Below are positions 1-12,756 of a stretch of 64,000 nt of DNA, one piece after another. Within the stretch, counting starts at the first letter, position 1; each line of letters starts with the position of its first letter. The notes beneath the pieces are model-generated. The model was not told where the DNA came from, did no database searches, and saw only the letters and a program-made list of their open reading frames with translations. A program made the position numbers and the translations under genes. This stretch comes from Octopus sinensis (lineage: Eukaryota): contig NW_021832277.1 of NCBI RefSeq assembly GCF_006345805.1, positions 8,726 through 72,725 of the forward strand. The letters run 5' to 3'.

Positions 1-764
1 ACAAACACACGCACACACAAACACAAACACACACACACACATGCATTAAAACATATCAATAAATCTTATTAGTAAAAGATTTCGAAAACCAACATTTTTG
101 ATTTTTTTCTTTTCTTTTCTGTTGTAGATAATACGCCATCATAGAGGAAGGAGAGATTGAAATCAAATGTGAGGTGTAACATTTATTTGAGCGAAATTTT
201 TTTGACTCAAGATTTCTGACTCAAAGCGTCAATAGTTTGAACAAAAGAAATGAACTGTCAGCGAATTGTAAGCATGCAACTAAAAATCTCTTTGAATTTC
301 TTGCTGTTTCAGAGAAAGAAAAAAAACACACTCTGAGTACTAGAAATCGGAGTGTTTCCGTTATGATTTATTAAAAAAATAATCTAATGATAATAATGGT
401 GAAAGTGGCGGTGGTGGTAGTTGTGAGTCGATAGCTTTGCATATAATAAAATATGGATGACAGACGATATAAGCCAGCAGAGGAATGTCTGAGAGGTTCG
501 AACTACTAGTACAATCACTGGAACATCGGCGTGTAGAAGCGAAAATATGAATCAAAAAGTATAGAGTAATTACAACAGGTAAGGGGAACGAATTTAAGAT
601 ATAAAATAAAAATGAGTGAGAATGTTAAAAAGTTGTAAATACATGTTTGTAAGTTACTACAAAAGCAACGTGAATATTTTCGTAATCACTGCGAAGCTAT
701 CAGATTTATAAATGAACCTCTGAACTGCTTAGAGAATGAGAAAGTCATGTTCCTTTAATTACAA

Positions 765-1100
765 TATTATCCAGAAGAACTGAAAGATTTTTCAATGAAA
801 GTTAAGTCGAATATACAATTTATAAGGAAGATACATTTTTATGGCTCGATGTTAACTCACAATCATCTAAAACACTTCAAATCAACCGTAAAATTTCCAC
901 GGGTCCCGCTAGTTATTTACTTTTATTTCTCAGAGATCTCCGTCTTACATGCTCTGGTCGATTCTGTGAGAACGGGCAGCAACCTGTTGTCAGAGGTCTC
1001 ACAGGGTCTCTTTCTGCAAAATATAAGCTTTGGTACCTAGATATCAACTTATCGTGGAAGACACTCAACATCGAAGCACTCATCTCAAAATCCAAGGTGT
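765..1100 (+). pseudogene. Decayed Penelope-like retroelement reverse transcriptase fragment (thumb/C-terminal region)
   Basis: Across shifting + frames: YPEELK (768-785), TIYKEDTF, KISTGPASY, LRLTCSGRFCENG, GSNLLSEVSQG, PRYQLIVED. These occur in the order of the PLE RT motifs YPxELE..K / LYDKRDDF / NIPxxPAY / IRYxRACS..F..RG / L..KL..QG / RY..LV.KY. Judged by eye; several frameshifts and stops. Confidence 0.45.
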
Positions 1101-1251
1101 TCTTAATGTCAATTCCAATTTATCCGACATATTTCTCGAGACTAATTGTTAGCGCTCAAGAATGCCCCCGCAGTTACTGGAATGACAGTTACTCTCATCA
1201 TTGCCGACATTCTTGCAATTTTGTGTTTTAGTAGTCTATATTTGTACTTTT

Positions 1252-1288
1252 ACTTCTTCTTCTCGTGCTTCCCCTTCTTCTTCTTCTT

Positions 1289-1319
<31 letters not shown>

Positions 1320-1450
1320 TTATTATTATTATTATTATTATATTATTATATTATTATTATTATATTATTATTATTATTGTTGTTGTTGTTGTTGTTATTA
1401 TTATTATCATCATCATCATTATAATTATTAATGTTGTTGTTGTTGTTGTT
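1252..1450. repeat. Compound (TTC)n/(TTA)n/(TTG)n microsatellite
   Basis: Direct inspection. Confidence 0.95.
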
Positions 1451-1456
1451 ATCATT

Positions 1457-1680
1457 AAGGCGAGCTGGGAGAATCGTTACCACACCTGGTAAAATGATTA
1501 GATCCATTTCGTTTCGTCCCTGTGTGTACGTTCGTTCTGAGTTCAAATTCCGACGAGATCGACTTTGCTTCTCATTGTTTCGGGGTCGATAAAGCAAGAA
1601 TGAGATGAGCACTGGAGTCGATGTAATCGATTTATACCTTCCCGCTATATTGCTGGCCTTGTGGCAAAACTTGAAACAAT
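1457..1680 (+). mobile_element. tRNA-derived SINE, family B (octopus-type)
   Basis: aaggcgagctgg..gagttcaaattccg..gactttgc..gtcgataaa..gtcgatgtaatcga; homologous to copies at 24761 and 40659. Confidence 0.8.
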
Positions 1681-1718
1681 TATTATTATTATCGTTGTTT
1701 TTGTTTTTGTTGTTATTT

Positions 1719-1719
<1 letters not shown>

Positions 1720-1765
<46 letters not shown>

Positions 1766-1769
1766 AGTG

Positions 1770-1801
<32 letters not shown>

Positions 1802-1820
1802 TGTAGTAGTAGTGGTGGTG

Positions 1821-1873
<53 letters not shown>

Positions 1874-1905
1874 GGTGGGGTGGTAGTGGTGGTGGTGGTA
1901 GCAGC
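1720..1905. repeat. (GTA)n/(GGT)n microsatellite
   Basis: Direct inspection. Confidence 0.95.
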
Positions 1906-2507
1906 AGCATATGTCACGTGCAGCACATTCCTGGATTGAATTTAATCGGAAGATGCACTTTTACTTGACAGATCAAAGTAAATGAATGAGTTAATTAAAT
2001 CGAAGGGAATATCATCGGCGTTTGGTTTGTTTAGAATTTTCCTCTTGTCGTTGAGCAAAAGATAATTCTTTTTTTTTTTGCTTACCTGTTGAGAATTCTT
2101 TCGTTTGGAGAGAGAAATATTGCAATTTCATTTTCTCAGTTGGGAATTCAGTACTTCTGGTAGTTCCAAATTTATCATCAAAACAAATTCCATACAGAGA
2201 TTCCACAACATCTCATGGTTAATCTGGAGAAGTGAAATTAATTTGCTCGTTCTCTTGTAGATTATTTTGCTTTCGCTATTGATATTGGTGAAAGTGAACC
2301 ATCTGAAGGCGGATGGAGAGGCCACCAGACTGTAAGGCTTTTTAATTCAATAATGAATCACTACGTCACGTTTTTTTATCATAACACTTGACGTCACATA
2401 ATAGTGTTGGGAGGTTGTTGATGCTACCACATGTCTTCGCTTATCAACACGGACAGAATTACAGGAAATTCCACAGCATAAAAGCTGCTATGACCTCTCG
2501 CACACCC

Positions 2508-2702
2508 TATCTTATCCTTATTTCAATCATTTGACTGTGGCCATGTTAGAGCACCGCTTTGAGCAGTTTTAGTCAAACAAATCAACCACAGTATTAATTT
2601 CTCTTCAAGTCTGATGTCTAGTCTATCGGTCAATTTTGCCTGTATATTACGGGTATATAAATAAAACAACACCGGTTGTCGAACAGTGACAACCACAAAC
2701 AG
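2508..2702 (-). mobile_element. SINE family A, degenerate 3' half
   Basis: tttcaatcatttgactgtggccatg..gcaccgc..caccggttgtc matches the reverse complement of the 3' part of the copy at 46105-46509. Confidence 0.75.
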
Positions 2703-3048
2703 AAAATCTCCATTTCTGAATTTTGCAAACCATCTTCTGCAAGTTCTTTCATTCAAGCATTCCTTCCCATAAACACAATGTATGTTTCGAGTCACTTCGG
2801 CTGCAGAGTTTCCTTTTTGTACTCATAAAGCATTATGTGCCTCAAATGTTCTTTGGATACTTCCTTGTTTGAAAGGGTTTTAATCAAAGAAATTTTAATT
2901 CCATTATTCAGTAAAATAATAGTTAATTAGTTTAAATGTGCACACATGCATAAAAGTAATTTTTAATTCCATTATACATTTTAAAACACTGTCAAATTTC
3001 ATTCAATTTTTTAAAAAAAGGAAAATCAGAACTTATGGGACGACCTGA
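2702..3048 (-). mobile_element. Mariner DNA transposon 5' fragment (one TIR plus transposase N-terminus)
   Basis: Minus 2866->2702 reads KEVSKEHLRHIMLYEYKKGNSAAEVTRNIHCVYGKECLNERTCRRWFAKFRNGDF (mariner HTH). Minus-strand end TA|TCAGGTCGTCCCATAAGTTC is a mariner-like TIR with TA at 3049-3050. Confidence 0.85.
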
Positions 3049-3344
3049 TAATTTCAAATGTAGTTCACACAGCATTTCTTCTCGCCTAGCTTCCATTTTA
3101 CTTCAGTCGCTGTTATAACCAGTCGATATTTTAGGTACCAGAAATTTAGTAGATATGGCATTATTTCCTTTCAGAAACAGTCAAAAGGCCAGAGAATGTT
3201 ATTGGGTATCAAATAGCGCATAATCAATTGAATTGATACACGTATATTGCTGGTTCATATAAATTTGCTGCAGTTACGATAGCTTTAAATCAGTTTCACC
3301 GTTGAGATAAGAGACAACGGACAATAAATTCTTAGTGTAGTTAG

Positions 3345-3680
3345 TTAGTTAGTTAATTTTTTGGCTCAAAAAGCAAAAAGCAAGGCCATGTAGGGGGGCA
3401 TGGAGATATGTACAGGGTGGTGTTCATGTAAAGAGTTCAGGCCACTTGTAATCAAGGGAGACTTTGAACCGAGCGGTCGTCGGCATCTTCACTATCTCGT
3501 CCGGCAGCTTATTCCACGGATCCGCAACCCGGACGGAGAAAGCCCTCTCCTTCGATTGAGATGAAATCGTCGCAGATAGAGCTTTTCGGAGTGACCCCGC
3601 AGCCAACGCTCTGGAGCAGGAGTGAAGAACAGCTCTTTCGAGAGGTTACACTTTCCGCTTATGATGTTGTGAGCAAGAAT
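3345..3680 (-). mobile_element. CR1-like LINE 3' end with (TAAC)n tail
   Basis: IISGKCNLSKELFFTPAPERWLRGHSEKLYLRRFHLNRRR/AFSVRVADPWNKLPDEIVKMPTTARFKVSLDYKWPELFT* (one frameshift) is a CR1/L2 ORF2 C-terminus; tail seen as gttagttagttag on +. Confidence 0.85.
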
Positions 3681-4605
3681 GATACGATACTCATTGTGCA
3701 ACACAAACAAATGCATTCGCACACGCACACATGCACACGCAGATGCACGCACAAACGCACACACACATGCATAGGTGTATGAGTACGTGTCTCTGCTTGT
3801 GTGTATACGCGGTGGAGTTGTTGAGATCAGGTGAAGATACGTGAAATAATTTCAGTCCCAGGAGGGCATTGATTTGATCCAACTCTTTAAGAATTTTCCT
3901 CGGAGTTTATTTGAAATTCAGAGTAATACAGTTTGGCTGATCTTATACCGTAGTAGTACATATTTACACACATACACACATCCAAACACACACACCCACG
4001 CACTTTTACATACACATATATATTACACATACACTCATACATTTATGTATGTATGTGTGTGTGTGTGTATTTATTTATATATTGTAAGGAGTCATTATTT
4101 TTAAAAGAGCAACTCAACCTTCCCAATAACATTTACGTTACCTGCGGATCCAATGACAGCATATTTCTATATTTCTTTCTTTCCTCCTTTCTTTCTCTCT
4201 TCCTCTGTCTCTCATTGCAGCTCGTAAATCGATATCTTTTTATTTATTTTTCCAGTATTATTTTACAATATTTTTCTTACTAGACTATATTTTTCGCGAT
4301 AAATTTATTGTATATGCATACGACTGCAAACAAACGTAAGTTTTTATGTCCATTTGCCTAAATGTATGTCTGTGACATTAGTAAGGGAATGTATAGCATA
4401 TTTCCCAGCATATATAAATATATGAATATGATTTATTCTTTAAATACACACACACACACACACATATTTATATATATAAATACATATTTACATATTTACA
4501 TATGTATATATATATATATATATTTGATTTGCATAATAGTGGTTTTGTCTCTAATTTATTATAATATTATATAGATATATATATATATATACATATTTAC
4601 ATATG

Positions 4606-4692
4606 GTGTCCTGTACTCATATATGCATGTATATGTACATGTAGAGGTAGGTACGTACATATATGTTTATATAAATGCATATGTTTTATTTA
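4606..4692 (+). repeat. Dispersed repeat fragment, also at 31733-31821
   Basis: gtgtcctgtac.catatatgcatgtata..gtaggtacgtacat..atgcatatgttttatttatt occurs at both positions. Confidence 0.65.
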
Positions 4693-4695
4693 TTG

Positions 4696-4727
<32 letters not shown>

Positions 4728-4728
4728 G

Positions 4729-4793
<65 letters not shown>

Positions 4794-5658
4794 GTAAATA
4801 TGTGTATATATATATATATAATATATATATATATTATATATATAAATATTATATATATATATTCATATATACCATCCTCCCTCTAACGTTCACCTATTAC
4901 CTATTACTTTAGGCGCAATATGTGTAACTAGGGAATATTACAAGCAATATTCCACGGAGGAAAGGAATTTTGTGTTACTAAAAAATATTCCTAAATATTC
5001 CTAAAACCTATTGGCATCAACTTATGGTAAATTTGCTTAAGTCATAGATAATGTCCCGCGGAATATTTAGTTTAGTTTGTTGTTTGCTTTATTAAATGCT
5101 TTTTTCACCAAAATGTTTATTTTGTCTTCGTGCATACATATTCACAATTGTGAGTGTGTATAGGGCATCGGTAAATTATTTACCAAGCAATACATTCGAT
5201 GTCTAGAGCACATTTTGTGTAGCCAAAACTGTCAATAGACTACTAATTGTATATTTTTCCAATATACTGTGCAAACCAACAATTTATCTAATGCATTGGT
5301 CGCTTCTAATCCATTCATATTACGATGTAACAATCATAGACGTACTTTTGGAAATAATAACCAAACTATCGCAGTCACGAGGGAATTGACATATAGATTT
5401 TGAACTTAGAATCGAAAACTCCTGCAAAAGATAGTTAAAACTATACAAAAATGGGAACAGACTGTGTAAAATTAGAAACTCTAAGAACTTGATAATATTT
5501 TTTAACGTCTAGATCAAACATATAAATGCGACGCAAATCCAACATGTGCCTTGCTTCTACATTATAATTTTACGTATCCACCGCGCAAGCGCAGTTTATT
5601 GTCGGCAGCAAAAGAATCCCGGCATTTTTTCGAACAATTTTCCAGAAAAAAATATCTG

Positions 5659-6221
5659 TAATTAATAATAACAGGGTAATAAAGATTTTAGAAATGTTTA
5701 CTACCTGTGGCCTAGCGTGTGGAAAAATTAGTCAATAGACTATATATTATTCATACAATTATACAGTGTACGTTTAAACACGTAAGAGATATCCGTCATA
5801 GGATTCCTTTACTATTAGGGTAAAAACTCGAAAGGGATGAAAAATAAATTAGAATGTATAAGCACGGGGTACATGCTGGAATTGCCTCGTACTTATATGT
5901 TTTATCTAGCCGTACCTGCTGATGAAGACTTCGCCTAACAAATTATATTATTTGCTAAAACAAGTCTGAAACGATGGTCCAGGAGATAGATGGTAAATGT
6001 TTTAATTTTTCGTTCCCTTCGAGTTTCTATCCCTAATAGTGGTTTGGACTTTAGCTGTTCCTTCTAGCGTGAAAGGAATCCTATGTCGGATACATCTTAT
6101 GTGTTTAAACGTACACTGTATTTATATGAATAATATATAGTCTATTGACTTATTTTTCCACACGCTAGGCCACAGGTAGTAAACATTTCTAAAATCTTTA
6201 TTATACTGATATTATTAATTA
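5659..6221. mobile_element. Foldback/MITE-like element with long terminal inverted repeats and a hammerhead motif in the spacer
   Basis: Outer arms 5659-5810 and 6072-6221 are reverse complements (roughly 90% by eye). Inner arms are 5811-5848 and 6002-6040, with a 31-nt insert at 6041-6071 in the right arm only. TA at both outer ends. Confidence 0.85.
5903..5988 (+). ncRNA. Type I hammerhead ribozyme motif, canonical core
   Basis: CCTG(5915-18) CTGATGA(5919-25) AGACTT..AAGTCT (stem II) GAAAC(5968-72) gatg GTC(5977-79) CAGG(5980-83); distal stem I TATCT/AGATA beyond a 7-nt bulge. Confidence 0.75.
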
Positions 6222-7289
6222 TATACATATATATATATATATATATGATGATGATGATGATTATGACGACGATGATGATGATATCGATTACGACGATGTT
6301 GTTGATGCTGTTGATATTCGTTGAGATTGTCGGCCATGTTTCCTTTGGCTCTTCTGTACTGTAGATGATTAAAAGATGAAAGTACTTGAAAAAAGAATGT
6401 TTTAATACAGAACCTCTAAATAGGAAACAAGGTAGTATAATTGTTTGCGTTATTTGTTTCCCTCTTTCGTGGGGGGGGGGAAATCACTTCTAATTTACGA
6501 AAGAAAATTGTTTCTTTTCTCCTGCTTGTAAACAAGTACATCGGCGGTGCATGTAGAAACGCCGCCGCAAAGTACTGAGAACGAAAACACTTTTCTCCAA
6601 AGAGGTGCAGACTGAAAATAAAAGCAGATGATAATTTCGGTTCTCAGCAGCATTCATTTATTTCACAACAACATTTATTACACAGCAACAATAATACATC
6701 CGCAGGTGTTCTATGGCCTTCTTGCTTTCGTTTGTATTAATTACATTGAGATTTGGGTGCGAATTGTCAGGTAGTGAAAAATGTTTACTGCGCAGATCCG
6801 TGCGAAAAGGTAAAGTACATCAACGCCTTATCAAACAGCGTGAAAAAATTAATGCGTTGTGCACCACGCAAAACTCATGGGGTTTTCTCATTTTCCTAGT
6901 AAGTATAGTACAATTATAGCTGCCAGTTGTTGATTGGGAAACCATATGATATTAGTTACAAATTTATGGCACAAGGCTTCTCAAGCTGAGGGGCAGGGCT
7001 AAATCCATTAGATCAAACCCCCGTACTCGACTGGTACATATTTTATCGAACCCGAGAGGATTGAAGGCGCATTCGACCACGCTCATACTTTCCTGATTAT
7101 TCTGGTCGTGCCTAGGAGGCGAACGTTTTGCAACAGTTCTACTGGGAACTCTTCCCCGATTTCCTTTATTTCCCTTTGATGTCTTCTGATGCTGTCCCCA
7201 AGGAATCAACAATAACTTGCACTCTCCTGACTTTCTTTATATAATTGGCACTATCTTCACCTACTTTATATTATAATTATTACTGCTGC

Positions 7290-7332
7290 TGTTGTTGTTG
7301 TTGTTGATATTATTGTCGTCGTCATCGTCGTG

Positions 7333-7397
<65 letters not shown>

Positions 7398-7427
7398 CAT
7401 TAACATTATTATTATTATTATTATTAA

Positions 7428-7462
<35 letters not shown>

Positions 7463-7615
7463 TATTATCATTATTATTATTACCATTATTATTATTATCA
7501 TCATTATTATTATTATTATTATTTTATTATTATATTATTATTATTATCATTATATTATTATCATTATTATTATTATCATTATTATTATATCATTATTATT
7601 ATCATTATTATTATA

Positions 7616-7650
<35 letters not shown>

Positions 7651-7795
7651 TTATTATTATTATTATCATCATTATTATTATTATCATTATTATTATTATC
7701 ATTATTATTATATTATTATTATTAGTATTATTATTATTTTATTATTATTATTATTATTTCATTATTATTATTATCATTATTATTATTATCATTAA

Positions 7796-7838
<43 letters not shown>

Positions 7839-7855
7839 TATTATTATTATTATTA
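7290..7855. repeat. Long (ATT)n microsatellite
   Basis: Direct inspection; source of the poly-L/I/Y ORFs. Confidence 0.95.
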
Positions 7856-8237
7856 ATCATTCTAAAGTACTGATCGTTTATCTCAATGCCTGCCGAAGAA
7901 ATAAATTATCTTTCTTCGATATATCCTTTTACTTCATTTTTTTACGCTCATCACAATATGGTTTCTCGAAGCAGAGGTGCCTGGAACACCAACAAGGAAA
8001 ATCACTTTGAACGTAAGAAAACGCTTTGCAACAGAAAACGCAAAACAACACAAAAAAACTAAATTCACCAAAACAGCAACACGTAAAAGCAATTCAACGC
8101 CATTTTAACAAGTGACAATATTAATGTAGACGATTCCAAATAAGGCATCGTTAACTCCCGCAGCAAATGTTCACCTTACAACAAGAGTTACAGAAAATAT
8201 CTATTATTGCACAGTTTCTGAAGGAAAATCATGGATA

Positions 8238-8610
8238 TAGTCGCGGGTGTAGCTGTGTGGTAGGAATCTCGCTTCCCAACCACATGGCTCCAGGTTCAAT
8301 TATACTGCGTGGCACCTTGGGCAAGTGTCTTCTTCTATAGTCTCAAGCCGACCAAAGCCCTGTGAGTGGATTTAGTAGTCGGAAATTGAAAGAATCCCTT
8401 CATGTATACATATATGTATATATATGTTTATGTGTGTGTGTCTTGACAACCGATGTTGGTGTGTCTATGCACCCGAGACCTAGTGGTTTACTAAAAGAGA
8501 GCGAACGATAGAATAAGTACTAGGCTTACAAAGCATAAGTCCTGGGATCGATTTCTTCGACTAAAAGGCGCTGTTCCAGTATGGCCACAGTCAAATGACT
8601 GAAAAGTATA
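8238..8610 (+). mobile_element. SINE family A (tRNA head, CORE-like gcgtggcaccttgggcaagtgtc centre)
   Basis: Colinear with 46105-46509; A-box-like gctgtgtggtag and B-box-like ggttcaatt; 3' stem-loop cagtc-aaat-gactg. Confidence 0.85.
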
Positions 8611-8972
8611 GAAGATGAAATGAATATATGACTCTAGAATGTTACTAAAAGAAGTATCACCTTTCCTTAGGAATTTATCCAAGACTAGGCAAGAAGGAAT
8701 GTAAGTTATCTCTGAATTGATATCCAATTTCCCTGAAAAGAATAGTTGAAAACATTATTAAATCTCAGAATGATAATGTAAAGTATAGAAGCCATCTTGT
8801 GGTTAGCCATATTAAGATGGCTTCAATAGTTGAAAACCCGTACATCAAATCTTACTTCGAAGCAAAAATGCAAAGAGAGGGAAGTCACCAAAAAATACAA
8901 AGAGTGAAGACACACGTATAGGCATAGACTGCCACTGTAATATAGAGATGGCACAGCTCAGAGAATGTAATG

Positions 8973-9385
8973 CTCTCTTTACTCTCTTTTACTCTTTTAC
9001 TTGTTTCAGTCATTTGACTGCGGCCATGCTGGAGCACCGCCTTTAGTCGAGCAAATCGACCCCGGGACTTATTCTTTGTAAGCCCAGTACTTATTCTATC
9101 GGTCTCTTTTTTGCCGAACCGCTAAGTGACGGGGACGTAAACACACCAGCATCGGTTGTCAAGCAATGCTAGGGGGACAACACAGACACACGAACACTCA
9201 CACACATATATATATACATATATACGTCGGGCTTCTTTCAGTTTCCGTCTACCAAATCCACTCACAAGGTATTGGTCGGCCCGGGGCTATAGCAGAAGAC
9301 ACTTGCCCAAGATGCCACGCAGTGGGACTGAACCCGGAACCATGTGGTTGGTTAGCAAGCTATTTACCACACAGCCACTCCTGCG
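8973..9385 (-). mobile_element. SINE family A, full length
   Basis: Near-identical reverse complement of 46105-46509; (GAGTAAAA)-type tail. Confidence 0.92.
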
Positions 9386-10420
9386 TTGAATTTATAAAAT
9401 CTGATTTCAAACGTTACTTTGTGAAAACAGGAAACAGTTAAATTACTAATGTCAAACTAATCCACCGTTGTTTTACGGAATTTTGCGGCATTGTACCAAC
9501 ATGAGAAATTATTAATGAGTTACGACCTCATAGTACAATCTCAGCCCTGTCTAGATTGCTTCTCCTATCTGCAGGATCAGTGCAATTACAAATCTAATTA
9601 GCGAGGCCAATTTAGTAGAGATCCCGAAGCATGTATTAGGAATCTTTCATTTTATATTACACAGTTTATCTTTGAGGTTTTCTAGATCCGCATGTCGTGC
9701 TCTAAAACGATGTCATCGTCGTTCGTTTGATTTTGCATTTAGCTTGTGTTCCTAAGTGTCAGCCACTAGGTCTTTGTTTATTATAATTATATCGTTCTTG
9801 ATAATAGTGTTATGCGTTTTCCTCCTCGCTCCGTTTCTTTTTGCGCAAGAATAAAGAGCAGAACTAGAAAGACAGAACGAAGAAACTCATGAAAGAAGGA
9901 AATGTGATTGCAAGAAAGAATAAAAAAAAGAAGGAAAAAAAGAAGGAAAAAAAGCCAGGAATAACGAACGAATGGAAGGAGAAAACAATGAGTGATTGAA
10001 ATAAAGAAATGCAAAAATATAGAAAAGAAATCTTGAGATTGAAAATGAAGAAAGGAAAAAAAAATCTTCTGAAGAAGAAGAAGAAGAAGAAGAAGAAGAA
10101 GAAGAAGAAGAAGAAGAAGAAGAAGAAAAAAGAAAGAAAAAGAAAGAATGGAAAACACTCAGGAAAAACTCCCGTCCCACGACCACGAGCACCACCACCA
10201 CCACCACCAGCACCAAGAATCATTTAAATCATTCAGCATGATGTCATGAATAATTGCTCAGGTTAATTAAGTTTGATGTTTTAATGGGTGTAGTCCTGTT
10301 TGAATACAACAGCAAACATTTTAACAACAACAACAACAACAGCAACAACAACAACAACAATTTCAGTTAATAGAGCAACGACACCAGCATCAATAATAAT
10401 ATGAAAATTAAAGTTGAGAG

Positions 10421-10458
<38 letters not shown>

Positions 10459-10554
10459 ATACTAATGACATTGTTATCATTATTATGGTGCTAAACAGCC
10501 CGGCAAACATAACATCAATATTAATTGCAATATACACCGTCAACACAGTTCCAA

Positions 10555-10649
10555 TAATAATAATAATATAATAATAATAATAATAATAACAACAATTATA
10601 TTAAAAATAATAAAATTATTTATTATTATTTTTATTATTATTATTATTA

Positions 10650-10717
<68 letters not shown>

Positions 10718-11161
10718 CATTATCATCATTATTTCATTTTATATTTGTCATCATTCTCAGTGTCTTCACTGACATCGTCATCAACAGCATCAGTACCATG
10801 CTGATCATGAAAATCAAAATCTACATCATCATCACCATCATCAACATCATGATCATCGCCATCATCATCATCATGATTATCATCATCACCACAAGTACAA
10901 CCACCACCACCACCATCGTCGTCGTCGTCGTCGTCGTCATCATTACCTTCATCATCAGCCCAATTTTCATTATTTCCAACCTCATCCTCTCCACCGCCCT
11001 CATGAAAAGTCAGCACCTCCACCACCACCACCACCATTAACACTGAATTCTCTTTCTCGTTTCTTCTCCAACGTCTCACGATAATTATCCATATGTTCAT
11101 TAGAAAAAAAAATCGCCATCCACTCTATTCACAACAATAACAATATTGTTATGATATCATT

Positions 11162-11237
<76 letters not shown>

Positions 11238-11301
11238 TATCATCAACATCATCATCATCATCACCACCATCATCATCATCATCATCATCATCAACATCAT
11301 T

Positions 11302-11341
<40 letters not shown>

Positions 11342-11342
11342 A

Positions 11343-11393
<51 letters not shown>

Positions 11394-11408
11394 ATCATCA
11401 TCATCATT

Positions 11409-11440
<32 letters not shown>

Positions 11441-11453
11441 CATCATCATTATC

Positions 11454-11492
<39 letters not shown>

Positions 11493-11508
11493 TATCATCA
11501 TCATCATT

Positions 11509-11559
<51 letters not shown>

Positions 11560-11760
11560 TCGATGAAAATCCTCATCAATGCCAACAAATAATATTACCA
11601 GCAGCCGTAGTCACTGATAACAATACCATATCAATAATACCAACACCATCCTCTGAGCATTTCTTAATGCCATCATTATACTTATCATAACTGATATTGT
11701 CACCGCCAACCTCATCATCATCATCATCATCATATCATCATCATCATCATTATAAATATC
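10555..11760. repeat. Cluster of (AAT)n/(ATT)n/(CAT)n microsatellites
   Basis: Direct inspection; source of the poly-H/M/D ORFs. Confidence 0.93.
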
Positions 11761-12390
11761 ATCCACGTCGTCGTCATCGTCATCATCACTCTGAACTGCT
11801 CCGTTCTTCACCTCCTCCCACCACATCTCCTCAGCTTTTACTCCTCCTTTCACTCAGTCACGTTTTCATCTCCGACATCACCATCATCCTTGTCATCGTC
11901 GTCGTTTTCACCCTAATCAGCATACATCGGTTCCCTCCTCAGCTTCATTTATCATCTCCTTACTCTTCTTATTCGACCACCTGCTCCTCATCACCGCCAT
12001 CATCATCAGCAGCAGAAGCAGCAGAAGCAGAAGCATTGACGTTATCACTACAACCATTTTTTCTGGACGCCGTAGAACGGAAGTGCGTTTAAATATATAA
12101 CAAGATAACTTTGTGTTGTTGTTGTTGTTGTTGTTGTTTACCTGCAGCTGAACGAACAACATAAAAACTCAGCTGCTTCAACAGCGGTGACAATTATTTA
12201 CAGAATTCCTCAAAAGTGCAACGTAATTCTTCACAATGCCATTGGTGCCAATATACAGCAACAGTGATCCGCCTTATATGGCTGCACGACTTGCTAACGA
12301 ACACAGCCAAATCCCATTCCCTTCAACCCTTATCGTTTAGGCAGAAAATAATAATAATAATAATGATGATGATAATAATAATAATAATAA

Positions 12391-12424
<34 letters not shown>

Positions 12425-12453
12425 TAATAATAATAATAATAACAACAATAATA

Positions 12454-12668
12454 ATCCTACGCAAAATACTCTCTATGTAATCCCAAGGTTGAAAACAAAC
12501 TTTTTTTTATGTATTAGACATTCACTAGTACAACACCAAAAAAAAAAAACAAATATATGGCACACTAGGCATAACAACAACGTGAACTTCCAACCTGTTG
12601 TCTCTTGAGGTCTCTGGGTAAGACTTGGAGCCAACTTGTACAGCCATAAAGCAAAAGTCAAACATAGA
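12454..12668 (+). mobile_element. Probable 3' end of an R4/Dong-like non-LTR retrotransposon in a (TAA)n array
   Basis: atc cta cgc aaa ata ctc tct atg taa = ILRKILSM* (12454-12480) resembles the GTAHILRKVL C-terminus of RLE-type LINEs; followed by a UTR and (AAT)n. Confidence 0.5.
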
Positions 12669-12692
12669 ATAATAAAAAATTTAAAAAAATAA

Positions 12693-12756
<64 letters not shown>

